Assembly (NCBI GenBank): GCA_946965045.2
Contig: OX337229.1
Span: forward strand, 1,798,001 to 1,862,000
DNA length: 64,000 nt
Direction of reading: 5' to 3'
DNA from: Epithemia pelagica
Lineage: Eukaryota > Protista > Bacillariophyta
Part shown: one piece after another, positions 12,466 to 23,713 of the stretch
Position numbering within the stretch: position 1 is the stretch's first letter
Layout: each line of letters begins with the position of its first letter
The notes under the pieces: model-generated
What the model saw: the letters and a program-made list of their open reading frames with translations, nothing else
Database searches by the model: none
Told to the model about the DNA's origin: nothing
Made by a program: the position numbers and the translations under genes

Positions 12466-15426
12466 ATGACGATGCTTGCTACTTCTTCGAAATTGACCTT
12501 TGACAGAAAGGAAGATGGTGGCCTGATCAACGTATCAGGCCGAGTCGACAGCAACACCAAAAATGCCAAAGGACAACAAGTGGAAGTTCCCGCCACCATG
12601 TCCGATGCCTTGGATTGTGACGATCCAGAATTTGCCTTGCGGTGTATTGCGGAAGCCTCTGCTGTTGAAGCTGAAAAACAAGCAACAGGACTGCTGGCCA
12701 ATCTCAAAGAATTTTCCTTGGATTTGCCCAAACTGTTGCAACTCGATCCGATGAAACAAAATGCGAACAATCTTGGAGGAGATTCAAGCAGAAGCAGTGG
12801 ACATGAGGATGGCGCGGCACCCGACGACGAAACCAACATCAACGAAAGCAAGTCAGATTTGATTTCCCACAATCAACATCATCCATTACGTCACGCAACT
12901 GCTTGTGCTGATTCTATTTACGAATCTTTGACCAAAATTGCCGTGGGTGGTAGTCAAGCCTCACAAGAAATTCGGCAACTGGAGCAAGAAAAGGAGGCCA
13001 TTGAAACCGAAGTATCCTGTATCGCGACGGCATTGGCCTTACGACAAGCCGAAACACAAACCAACTCTGCTTGGCAAAACAGGGATTTTGTCACTGCGGC
13101 CAAAGCTATTCAACCATGGTTGCAATGGAAGCAACAATATCAATCGATTGCGAACGAGAGTAAAAGCAAGGTGTCGTTGTTGGAACGACAAGCAGGCGAA
13201 AATGTGGACGAAATGATTCGTAAAAAGAAACGCGTTGTTGCCTTTGCGGGGGAATATGCTCTCGAACAACTGGAACGAATCTATCAGCAACTACAACAGG
13301 TCTTGCTGCAGAAATACGAAGAAGCTGTTCAGCAGGGGAACTTGCAACTCATTGGGAACTACACCCCCTTGCTCGGAAAGCTTCAACTGGAACCAAAGGC
13401 TGTGCAGCTATATGCTCAATTTCTCAAGGGTGTCCTTCATAATCAACTACTGGCGTCAGAAAACGACAGCAAGGAAGGACAGTCAGATGGCGGGAGCAAT
13501 AATACCTTTAACCAGAAAATGGCCAAGGTTTACAATGTCTCAGTATCGGCTCTTCGCCATCATTTACCCATGGTGTCCCATTGTTTGTTCAAAGCCAATG
13601 GAGATGTGGCTGTTGTTCGACTGGTACACGAAGAGTGTACCGAAAAGGTTCTGCCCTTGTGGCGGAGTTACCAACGAGAACGTCAATTTGGATCCGTTCG
13701 TCGACATGCGGAACGGATTGCCGATCTTTATCAACAAGGCGACGATGACGATGTCGTGGACCCTACTGAAGCCGATGCATCATTCGCAACTCACATTGGT
13801 TCCTTGTCCGACGTCGATTCAGCCATGGAAGAAGCGGCCCTTTGTATTCAACATGCGGAGTCCTATTTGCGATTCATTCAACACACATGCAAAGAAGTCA
13901 ACAAAGCTCGTCATTTGCGTCATGAAAAACAATATCAACAAGCAAGCAGCAATTCTTCAGAAACAAAGGAAGAATCCCCTCCACCATTCAAGGCAATTGA
14001 GATTTTACCCCCGTCCACACCGCTCCATGAGATGGTAGCCGAAGTGGGTGGTCAGTACGTAGTCATTGAGCGTTGCCTCATGTTGGCAACTATGCATCGA
14101 GCATTCGCGGCAGAAACGAATATGGAAGATTCCAAAAACTACCGACCTCTGACGGTGCGATCTAACTCCTCGGGAGTGACACCATATCCAAGCAACACTT
14201 TTCCTCAATATCGTAAGAAGCAACCCCTTCAGTCTATTTTGGTGGAAACCTGTTTTTATACTGCTCGTCGCAGTACCCAACGGGCGTTTTTTACAGGCCA
14301 TACTGGAACGGCAAGTGCCATGGCCAATTTTTGTGTTGAAGCCTTGAGTTCTACCTTATTGGACGTCTTGCGGCAACGAGCAGAGGAATATGGCGTCGCG
14401 CAACTCAAACCAGGAGATGGGCTTTTGGTTGGATCGGCCAATTACTTCACCACGACCACGGCGGTTATGATTGGCCGCCCGGCTTCGGCGGCGGCAGGAG
14501 GCACAACGTCCAATCAAGAAGACGAGGAACGGCGCCAAGAAAAGGTTGCTCACGCATCGGCCCTCCTTAACGATATTCACGTGGCTGCTCATCATACCGA
14601 ACAACTCATGACCATGCTCAACGAGGCCATCTCCAAGGGATTCACGCCCAACACTCACGCTACAGAACAACTTGTCCTTTGCGTTAAATCGTTCTCCTCC
14701 GTGCAAGATCAATTTCGTGCTGCCGCGGATGGGGCAATTGAATCTTTGGAATCCATTCTGAAGCCTCGTATTCGTTCGATTGTGAGCGAGGCAGTTGGGT
14801 CCGAAAGTAGCAGCAGTACGTTTATGGTTTCCCCCGTCATGGGCAAGCAATCCAATCCCAGTGGAGGTATGATGGGTGGTGGTGGTGGAGGCGGCAACAC
14901 GACACGAATGAATTACAATTTGGATGAAGAAGCCTACAACTTTTTGCAGCTCAGTGAGGGTTACATGGCACGTCTGTTTGCGTTATTGGAAGAGCTCGTG
15001 GAACCACTGAAACAGTTTTTGGCTCCTCAGCTCTGGGACTCGTTGTGGCTCAGCATCATCGGAACCACAGCCAAACGATTGGAAACCTTGCTTCGTAAAA
15101 CCAATTTCACAGCACTAGGAGCCTTGGCGTTTGATTCAGATATTCGAGACTTTGTTTCCTTTACTCGCGGATTACTTCTGTCGGATCAAGACAAACTTGC
15201 TTCCAATGCGGGAGTGACCAAGACCTGTGTACCCCTGGGACGTTTGTCTCAAATGGCGAAGCTGTTGAATGCGGACGAAGTGGACGATGTCATTGATGTC
15301 ATTTCCTCCTTGAAACGCAAGGGTAATTGGGACTGGAAATTGGATGAAGCACAAACCTTTTTGGCTCTCCGATTCCCACAAGAAAAAGTGAAAAGCGTGC
15401 TTCGATTGAAAGACCAAGACCTTTAA
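12466..15426 (+). CDS. COG4: conserved oligomeric Golgi complex subunit 4-like (986 aa)
   Basis: Long helical ORF; C-terminal NFTALGALAFDSDIR...RLSQMAKLLN...LKLDEAQTFLALR resembles the COG4 C-terminal domain. Confidence 0.75.
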   Translation: MTMLATSSKLTFDRKEDGGLINVSGRVDSNTKNAKGQQVEVPATMSDALDCDDPEFALRCIAEASAVEAEKQATGLLANLKEFSLDLPKLLQLDPMKQNANNLGGDSSRSSGHEDGAAPDDETNINESKSDLISHNQHHPLRHATACADSIYESLTKIAVGGSQASQEIRQLEQEKEAIETEVSCIATALALRQAETQTNSAWQNRDFVTAAKAIQPWLQWKQQYQSIANESKSKVSLLERQAGENVDEMIRKKKRVVAFAGEYALEQLERIYQQLQQVLLQKYEEAVQQGNLQLIGNYTPLLGKLQLEPKAVQLYAQFLKGVLHNQLLASENDSKEGQSDGGSNNTFNQKMAKVYNVSVSALRHHLPMVSHCLFKANGDVAVVRLVHEECTEKVLPLWRSYQRERQFGSVRRHAERIADLYQQGDDDDVVDPTEADASFATHIGSLSDVDSAMEEAALCIQHAESYLRFIQHTCKEVNKARHLRHEKQYQQASSNSSETKEESPPPFKAIEILPPSTPLHEMVAEVGGQYVVIERCLMLATMHRAFAAETNMEDSKNYRPLTVRSNSSGVTPYPSNTFPQYRKKQPLQSILVETCFYTARRSTQRAFFTGHTGTASAMANFCVEALSSTLLDVLRQRAEEYGVAQLKPGDGLLVGSANYFTTTTAVMIGRPASAAAGGTTSNQEDEERRQEKVAHASALLNDIHVAAHHTEQLMTMLNEAISKGFTPNTHATEQLVLCVKSFSSVQDQFRAAADGAIESLESILKPRIRSIVSEAVGSESSSSTFMVSPVMGKQSNPSGGMMGGGGGGGNTTRMNYNLDEEAYNFLQLSEGYMARLFALLEELVEPLKQFLAPQLWDSLWLSIIGTTAKRLETLLRKTNFTALGALAFDSDIRDFVSFTRGLLLSDQDKLASNAGVTKTCVPLGRLSQMAKLLNADEVDDVIDVISSLKRKGNWDWKLDEAQTFLALRFPQEKVKSVLRLKDQDL

Positions 15427-15551
15427 TCATAGTTAGGAAGTATGAGACAAGCTCTGAACATCTTTGAACTCATGAAGAATCATTTAGATTAGCTCATACC
15501 GTTTGAGTCTACCGGACAAGCATAGAGTATAACCTTCGTCAGTTAACTCTT

Positions 15552-17282
15552 TTAGGTGAGGCGTGTTTCTCGCATCGTCACGGAGACACGACGGTCGGAC
15601 AAAAGATCACCGTTCTCAATCCCATGTGCGTAATCGTATCGCACCTTCCCTGTTAGTACCTGAAGACATCGACGTTTCAACAACACCTTGTGTTGATTGC
15701 TCTTATCTCGCGTTCCTACTCCACGCTCATATTGATAGGTCATGAAACAATCACCAGCCAAGGACAAATTGGCAATTGGTTCCTTGTGTTTCTTTCGATC
15801 ATCGACATGTGATACCAAGAAGTGCCCCTGAGACCGACGATAGGAGATTGAATTGATCTCATTTGGAACGCACCCCTGCATGATGCTTGTTGATAGACGG
15901 GCCAACCGGGGGAGGATGATTGATGTCATAAATGAGGGCAACGGGTGCTTCCCTGGCCGGACACTGTACGGATTCCATAGATCATGATCAATGCCATATC
16001 GCTTCTCACAATGTCTCCCTGAATGCTTCTCATAAACCCATTTCTGGTTCGAATCCCCATCCAATTCTTTCAAGATCAATGTCTCTTCTGCCTCAGTAAC
16101 AAAGTCCTCAAAGAGAAACAAACCAGGAATCGGTTCGTTTGTGTGACTTATCCGATTTGTTATCATTTCAGTCGCTCGTTGCGATGGATTCACCCTCTCA
16201 AGACGTTCTTTGACCCGAACAGTCAAGGGAGATTCTCGCATGGTCAAGGACACTCGCCGATCGGCCAACAAATCACCGTTCTGAATGGCATGAGAAAAGT
16301 CATACCGTGCCTTACCGGTTAGCACTTGCAAACATCGTCGTGGTAAGACCACTCGTGCGACCGGGATAGCCGCATTTCTATGCTGCGCGACATTACGAAA
16401 GGTCATGATACAATCTCCTACCAATGATAAATTGGCAATGGGTTCCTTGGACAATTGTCGATCATCTACATGCGCAATAAGAGAGTGACCCATTTTTCGA
16501 CGGTAGTCAATCGCATTGGCTTCGTTCGGAACACAGCCTGCCATGGGTTTGAGTCCTTTCATTCTTGGCATGAGTATTTGTCGGACAAACGAAGGGAGGG
16601 GATTCTCGGGTGCGGAAACCATGCGATCTCTCAAGTTGCAATGCACGCCCCAGCGCTTCCCATAATGCGTGCCATTGAAATTCACCAATTTCCATGGTAA
16701 CTGACTATTTTCCGCATTGTCACGATGATCCAATAATGGTCCGTTCTTTTCGATGGAAGGTCCATCGAGTTCTGAAAGAATCAATGCTTCTTCTTCTTCG
16801 GTAATAAAGTCCTCATACACAAAAAGTCCGGGTATAGGCTCGTCAGAGGGTTCGCGTATGACTGGAGCGTTATCACCAGAGATGCTCTCCCTCGATCTAC
16901 TATGGTCACTTGGGACGGGTGTCTCGTTTCCTTCACATGAAGAGGCATGTTGCTCCAGGTTGTGCCACGGAAACGAACGATCGCAGAGAGGACAGAGTCC
17001 AAATCCTGACCGCCGTTTGCTCTTCCTTGAAAGTCGGTCAGACCCAGACTTTTGCTTGGTCGTAGCACTACCATGGAAGAAAGCCGACAGCGATGTCTGA
17101 TGAGGCTGTTTGGATGCCATTAGAGATTGGCTTGTCTTTTTTTTTCCCCGCCGCTTCGCTCTGTATGTGAGAACTGTAAACCCGCGCCGATTTTGAATCA
17201 CAAAACCCGACTCAATTGCCCCAGGGGCAACTCCTCCTCCTCCTTCCAACGAAGCTAGGGTACTACTCCTCCTAAGGAACAT
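15552..17282 (-). CDS. UBZ-type zinc finger + two tandem AlkB-like 2OG-Fe(II) dioxygenase domains
   Basis: CPLCDRSFPWHNLEQHASSC (C2HC). Two repeats each begin EPIPGLF.EDF.TE.EE, each with HVDD (HxD), RYD..H.I and RRVS.TMR. Confidence 0.85.
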   Translation of the reverse strand: MFLRRSSTLASLEGGGGVAPGAIESGFVIQNRRGFTVLTYRAKRRGKKKTSQSLMASKQPHQTSLSAFFHGSATTKQKSGSDRLSRKSKRRSGFGLCPLCDRSFPWHNLEQHASSCEGNETPVPSDHSRSRESISGDNAPVIREPSDEPIPGLFVYEDFITEEEEALILSELDGPSIEKNGPLLDHRDNAENSQLPWKLVNFNGTHYGKRWGVHCNLRDRMVSAPENPLPSFVRQILMPRMKGLKPMAGCVPNEANAIDYRRKMGHSLIAHVDDRQLSKEPIANLSLVGDCIMTFRNVAQHRNAAIPVARVVLPRRCLQVLTGKARYDFSHAIQNGDLLADRRVSLTMRESPLTVRVKERLERVNPSQRATEMITNRISHTNEPIPGLFLFEDFVTEAEETLILKELDGDSNQKWVYEKHSGRHCEKRYGIDHDLWNPYSVRPGKHPLPSFMTSIILPRLARLSTSIMQGCVPNEINSISYRRSQGHFLVSHVDDRKKHKEPIANLSLAGDCFMTYQYERGVGTRDKSNQHKVLLKRRCLQVLTGKVRYDYAHGIENGDLLSDRRVSVTMRETRLT

Positions 17283-17434
17283 CGCGAAATTGCCTTTTGC
17301 GCCTGATGGTCAGCAACGTCGGCAACATGACACTCATAGCAAAGGCTCGTAGCAGCGGTAGCTTACCAAGTCAACCTATAGATACAATCAGTTGGCATAC
17401 AAATAGACAACTAACATTCATTAGTCATTAGGCA

Positions 17435-18402
17435 CTAGTCTTCGTAGTCAACCTGAAATAGTTGTTCGCCGTTGTTGATTGTAAGCTGGCAGACGATGGC
17501 AACAGCTCTGAAAACGTCCGCATGCTGGTTGAACTCGCGTCGAAATGTCTGGGCGAGGCAGCCCCAAAGCTTGAACCTCTTGTTGATTGTTTCCTGACGA
17601 CTACGGACACGTTGTTGCATTTTTTTCTTTTCGGGTAGATTGGTGAAGCCCTTTGGGCATTTGACTTTCTGGGGATGTTCCCCGACGTATCCATCATCTG
17701 CTTCAATGCGCTTGTTGGGTTCAAGGTGCGAGAGTAGTGAGTTGCGGAAGATCATAAGATCATTCCACAACCCACACTCATATGGCCCGTTGATCCACAC
17801 AATATCTCCGGTGCGAATACAAAGGCCCACCTCATACCGAAGACCACTCTTTTTAAACTTGTACGAAAAAAACCTGCGGCCATGCTCGGGGACACGAAAG
17901 TCCGTCCCATCAACTGACATCAGGCAGTCATTGCCAATATCTGTCTTAAACCTATTCTCAAATATTATCTGAAGCAATCTGGTTAGATAAGAAAAGACAG
18001 ACATCACTTTCGCAAAGTAGGAGCACCACTTACCACTAGGGGTTCTAGGTTTGCAATCGCCGGAATGAATAACCACGTCCACTTGCGGAAGGTTTCCGGG
18101 TCAACACCACCTACAAGGGCACACAATGACTTTGCATTTGAGTAGACCTTCAGAAATAGAAGGGTCCACAACAAATGAGTCATTGTACCCCCTGTAGGTA
18201 TGGTGTCGGTGGTTCCCAGCAAGGACCACAAAGACAAAAACACTGCCACCGAACACCCAAAAAAACTCTGGAACTCCAGATCCTCAGTCTCTGGAGAGCG
18301 CTGTCTTCGACCATCACGTCCCCAGATCCGACGAGCAATCCTGAGCACATCATTGGCATCAGGTGGCTCGGGCCGTGGTCGCTTTCGATCTGGTTCATTC
18401 AT
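17435..18402 (-). CDS. PIF/Harbinger/ISL2EU-type DDE transposase (DDE_Tnp_4-like); exons 18034-18402, 17435-17968
   Basis: HTH-like HLLWTLLFLKVY...TFRKW; catalytic SVDGTDF, IEADDGY, RSRQETINKRFK; 65-bp GT-AG intron; the spliced frame is open (300 aa). Confidence 0.85.
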
Positions 18403-18931
18403 CTTTTGTTGTGACACAGTTTGGTATTTGATGTTGTCTGGCTGGGGAGCAGGGGTCGTGTGAGAGTTGCACCAACCGACACCCAAGACCCCAAACAAGT
18501 TATGCCCAATCATTGATTACACATGAAAAGCAGGAAGGGTTAGGTGAGTCATCTACTATATGTTCAAAAAGTTCTGTTGGTCATGTCACATGGACATAAA
18601 ATTATTGGTACATAGCCAACACACCAATCATAGATCATAGTTAGGAGTAGTCATAGCCCATGGACAACGGACATTCCTCACAGATCATGCTCATAACCTT
18701 AATAGAGTGGCAAGACAACAACAACTATTGTAGGAACTAGTTAACGATTCTACCGGGACCCATTTGAACTTTGAAGTCATTGGACGTTGAGTTTACTCTA
18801 TGACATTGGATTCGGGGAAGCACATGAACAAAGAAATCACATCTCTGTTGTGTGCTCGTTTCTGATCTTCCATAGATTAATATATGCCCTGTATGTGTGA
18901 CTGAATAATTGATTTTCTGTACAGGTTTTTT

Positions 18932-19190
18932 GTTTTACACTTTTTGGCCGTTTTACACTTTTTGGCCGTTTTGCACTTTTTGGCCGTTTTGCACTTTTTG
19001 GCCGTTTTGCGCCTTTCGGCCGTTTTGCGCCTTTCGGCCGTTTTGCGCCTTCCAGTACAAAATCCTACGTATTTTCTCGTAGCACCGGCCGTTTTGCGCC
19101 TTTTGGTCGTTTTGCGCCTTTTGGACGCTTTGCGCCTTTTGGCCGTTTTGCATTTTTCGGCCGTTTTGCATTTTTCGGCCGTTTTGTGAT
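18932..19190. repeat. 18-bp tandem repeat array (GGCCGTTTTGC(A/G)C(T/C)TTTT-like), ~13 units with one interruption
   Basis: Directly visible tandem units; no unique spacers. Confidence 0.9.
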
Positions 19191-19574
19191 TTCCGTAGTT
19201 TTGCGATTTCTGTAGTTCTGCGATTCAATCCTACTCGCTTAAGCCCATCTAAATTGTGGTCACTAATATGTAGCAGCATAGCATGGATCTGCTCGTCACC
19301 GTCACACTTACTCGTAAACCATTAGTTCACTCATCACATAAAAAATTGTTACTATACCCCTAGTTATGCCTGCATGATTTAGTATTGACTTGCTGCCGGT
19401 TTTATAGGTAGAAAGATTTAAGCCTATCAGTGATGTCTCACGAGTTCCCATGTGATACGTCTCCCTCCCGCTCTGAATTTTGTTCCCGCATGTCACAGGT
19501 TGTGGGTTGTTGCTTCACAGGACTGAAGCCTGTTGTGGTTTCTCAAAAAGAAAATCTCGCCACAAAACCACATA

Positions 19575-20686
19575 ATGTCAGAAGTTGGAGCAGCACCAAA
19601 GTGGGGCAAACAAGACAACGCCAAACTAGCAGCGTTGTTCCGGAAGAAGTTGTCCAAGGGTGGAGTGTCACCACAGGACTTGGGAAGAGATAACATTGAA
19701 AAGGTGCGCCAAACTCACTTTCCTGAGCGTGCCTACCGGAACTTTGCACCTCTGTTCCGCAGGAAAGCACGTGCCTTCAACGTGGAAAGCTCACTTGCTG
19801 GTGCAAGGAAAGCCCAAGGTACGTACTGATTCAATTGCGAATATCTTCTGCTGACCAGTTTCTAACTGGTTCTTGTAACTGTTCAACAACAATGGGTCGA
19901 AACAAAGAAGACGAACGCGAGGAAGTCGAAGAGGAGGCAGAGGAAGTTGACGAGGCTTCTGCAGGTGAAGAAGAAGAACTTGAAGTAGAAGAAGAACAGG
20001 CAGGAGGTGGCAAGGCCCAGGACATTTCAGACCTCTTGGGAAAAATGAGTATTGGACGGGCATCCACCAAATCACCTTTTGGAATGGAAGTTGTCTTCCC
20101 TTACTTTCTCTACACGTATGAGGAAATGGACCAAATGCATGTGAGTATCGATTTCCTTGTCTTTGGATTCAAGGAAAGTGCATTTTGTCCGCAGGTTGCT
20201 TCTGGTGGGCAAGAGTTGGAGCTCGGAACCATCATCCCTCCCATGTTCGTGCACCCTGATAGACTCTTCCAAGCAAATGAGGAAATCAACGACAACACAC
20301 ACAAGGCAACGGCCTACAAAATGATGGTGGATAGCATCCAGAAGAAGCATGGCGATGGCACGTCCGAACAGCGCCTATTTGGTGATCCACAGAGGGTCAA
20401 ATTGCCGTTCACATGCGAGCAGGAGATCTCAATGTGGGAGGTTCAACACTTTCCTAACAGTGACAGGGACTTTGACCCGATGACTGGTCATACACACATG
20501 GTCTCCATCTTGGCAATTGATCTTGTTGCCACGGAGAAGCGCGTCAGGAAGAGGAATGGTGGAGTTCGTGTCTTTGGCTCACCCTCTGGGACCCGCAACA
20601 ACAACAATTATCGCAACAACAATAACAACGACAACTACAACTATGATGATGAGGACAACGCCACTATGGTGCGCGCTGATGAATGA
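19575..20686 (+). CDS. transposon-associated second gene (spliced), divergent from the transposase
   Basis: Exon 1 19575-19818 (MSEVGAAPKWGKQDNAKLAALF...; GTACGT donor); exon 2 from ~19907 with an acidic tract and a beta-rich domain (FPYFLYTY...VSIDFLV...RVKLPFTCE); acceptor position uncertain. Confidence 0.55.
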
Positions 20687-21070
20687 ATGCTATTTGACCA
20701 TGGTGAGGAACCACTCTGGCCTGATGGTGCATTCAATCGTAATCTTAGTTATTAATATATTTACCTAGTTTAGCAGTTTGTTTCCACATCGCGGATGTTA
20801 GCTAACATAGGATTGGGGATTTCCCAACTCTTGACCAGGCCCAAAACGCAATTTCGCGATGTTCCTAAGAGTATGAACTGAAGAGTATCGCTCCCCATCG
20901 ACGAATGGTCAAATGCAGAAAGAATCTTTTAAGGTTTTACTGCAACTTCCGGTAACTACACGTGAGTCGCATATCCCAATACCACAACGTACCCAAGAGG
21001 TTAAGAAGGGACCGACGGACGAACGAAGAACTTGGAGTGACGTCGCGCCCAACAAGATGACAACGACACG

Positions 21071-21126
21071 TCAGGTTGGTTGGGGTCATTGATGACTCTT
21101 ATGAGTCACTCCCCCAACCAACCTGA
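21071..21126. other. perfect 15-bp inverted repeat with a nested hairpin in the retroelement 5' region
   Basis: TCAGGTTGGTTGGGG (21071-21085) / CCCCAACCAACCTGA (21112-21126), enclosing TGACTC-TTAT-GAGTCA. Confidence 0.85.
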
Positions 21127-21320
21127 ACGCGAACAAGAGGAATCATAAGTTTATGAAAGGAAAACTGCTCACGATTGTATCACGGAAGTTGATCACCCAG
21201 TGATCCTCGTACAGTTCTCTTTTTGTTCTCTTTTCTTGCTTTCTGTTGACCGTGCCAACCACTCGTCTGCTCGTTTATTCTTTTGCGTTGTCCTTTTCGG
21301 GTTCTCTTTTTCTGAACGAC

Positions 21321-23695
21321 ATGTTCGATTGGACGTGGACTTCGGAATCCTCGCCCTCTGTGGGGTCGACAGGTGAGTCATTTGTGTCTGGTACCGGGGG
21401 GGGGGGGGTGCCCTTCGTTCGGGTCCTCTCTACGGTATCCTTCGGATGGATGAATCCGATTTTGGGGATGTGTGTCGGGGCGTGATTGGTTCTGGTCATC
21501 GCATCTGTCTGCGCGTGAACTGCAATGTCGTTTCGCATGCCACCAAGAAGGTCAGCTGGACTGCAATTGTGGGGGATGACTCGCAGTGCATCTTTATTCG
21601 TGGTGCCAGTGGCACCGATACCGATGCCTCTGTTTCCGTGTTTGGTTCACCGGTTCTACCTGGATCCTTCGTCCGTGACGCTGAATGGGCCGAACTTGAG
21701 ACTGGACCCAGAAGCTTGGAGAGTTGGCAGGCTACATTCGCCGCCATCAAGGAAACCAAGCGATCAGCCAACGACGAGGACATGGACCATTCAGCTTTTG
21801 CTGACATTCTGGAATCTACCAAGCATGACGTCAAGTTTGTCTTCACTCCTGCGCGGAAGAAGCATCGCGGCAAGTTTTCTGGATTGGATGAAATTTCGGA
21901 GGACGGAGATGTCAAGCCAGCAGTAGCGAAGAAGCCAGTCGTCAAGCCCATCCCTTACTTCAAGGTTCCATCCGAGTTGGGGTCTCAACCCGGCGCTGCT
22001 ATTTGCACCCTTACACAGGGAGCATGGCGAGACTTGGTGGCCAATGTGGGCTCCATCAAAGCAACTCTTGAAATTGAACGAGCCAAGCTTCCACCCGCTG
22101 AAAATGTTTCGGACATTCATCTAAATGAGATTGAGATGAAGCTTTCAGTGCTTCATGAGCTTTTGGGAGAACGTCCAATGGAATTTGGCACGGTCTCTGC
22201 TTTTGGTATGATTGAGAAATTGATGGTCTCGGTGCATTCGTTGGAAGAAGCAGTGGAGCAGGATCGTCGGCGTTTATTCGGTTCTCTAGGATCCAGCATG
22301 AGCTCGGACCTAAAGGTGCGGTTGGAAAAATTGGAAGAACAAGCGCGAGACTTTGAAACTTCTGTTGGACTAGTGGTATCCAAAGAAGTAAATAAGCATT
22401 TCTCCACTGGTGACTTCCGAACCCAATTCATCGAACCTACCATGAAGTTGTTGTCGCGTTCTTCCCGCACATCTGCCGATCCGGGAGGTAAATGGGATCA
22501 GGAGCTGTCCTCTCTTTCAACTCGTGTTTCACACTTGGAAACCACAAGCACGAAAAATCCGGGACAATCGTCGGTCAATTTCATGCACCGGACTGGGCCG
22601 AACAATTCGACCGGCTTGTTTCAGTGGAATTCAAATCCGTCTCAACCTCCCAACGGCATGCCTCCCAACCCACCCACCGGGAGCATCGTCGGAGACCTCA
22701 AAAAGGAATTAACATCGTTGCGAGAAGAGGTCACCCGCTTAAAGGCGGAGGTCAAAGATCTACAAGATCTGGCCGAAACAGACGCGATAGTGGTGGGTTC
22801 GATCGTTTTTGCGTCTAAAAAATATTGTGAGAGTTGGTTGTTGCTTCATTCGGCTGCAAGTGACCCACATGTTTTTGTGGACCCGGTTTCACTTCTCTCG
22901 TTGGCGACCTCCGATGCTAGCCAAGACGAGGAGCGTGCCGCCAACCAGCGAGCAACTACTGCAAAGGTCAAGGATAAGTCTCCGTATCATACGGCCTATA
23001 TTGCGTCGTTCAGCCTGGAGCTCCCACCTCTACTTGGAAAGGGTGGCGATACATCGCTCACGACAAACTCGAGAGCTCTCGCCGGTGTCCCTAAATTTGT
23101 CGACTTTCATCCGCCTTCGGGCCGTGAGGGCATACATCAGAGAATCCTTGATTACATCAAGGACGGTAAAAAGACTCTGGAAGAATCGATTGGCGATTTG
23201 TTCTCCTTCGGATCCGAACCGGCCAGCGTCGCTCGAGAGCTCTTGCTTCTAAGCAAGACTTTCTGGGACGAGCTGTGCCATTGGATGGTTCGGTATCACC
23301 GAGAGATCAAAGAGGAGAGCGACGCATCTGAACACGAGGTTTGGATCCTAATCTCTCACTGTGTGAGAGCCGTGTTTAAAAGCCTACGAGATGCCCGGGC
23401 ACCAGGACGTGCCTCGAATACTCCAGGAGGTATGCTGTGGGGCACTCTACGAGCCCATGATATCATGCGAGAGTACCGCAGTCATGATTTTAGTGGGCAC
23501 CCAAAGATAGCCCTCATCTTACATGAGCACCTAATCCGGTTTTCCACTCCGAGATCCAAGTTTGATGAACTACAACACTCAATCGATGACAAACTTGAAA
23601 AGGTTCAACGGTCCATCAACCAGGCTGTGGCTGCAGCAAACAAAAAGGGGTCTGCACCCAAAGCGTCCGCCGAGGCCAAGAAACAACAATCTTGA
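21321..23695 (+). CDS. ORF1 (gag-like) of the YR retroelement, with an apparent frameshift in a G13 run
   Basis: 749-aa ORF from 21446 with N-terminal C-x9-C-x4-C-x4-H (CRGVIGSGHRICLRVNCNVVSH) and coiled coils. The upstream ATG 21321 joins in frame if the G run at 21396-21408 had 11 or 14 G. Confidence 0.7.
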
Positions 23696-23713
23696 CGACA
23701 GAAAGGTGTTGAA

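Larger units (their letters stand above)
17435..20686. mobile_element. two-gene Harbinger-like DNA transposon (termini not identified)
   Basis: Transposase plus divergent partner gene plus internal repeat array; no TIR pair found by eye. Confidence 0.6.

Noticed and set aside
18932-19190. CRISPR-like array
   Set aside because: Units are head-to-tail with no unique spacers; eukaryotic context; no cas genes. The same applies to the 10-bp arrays at 30349-30636.
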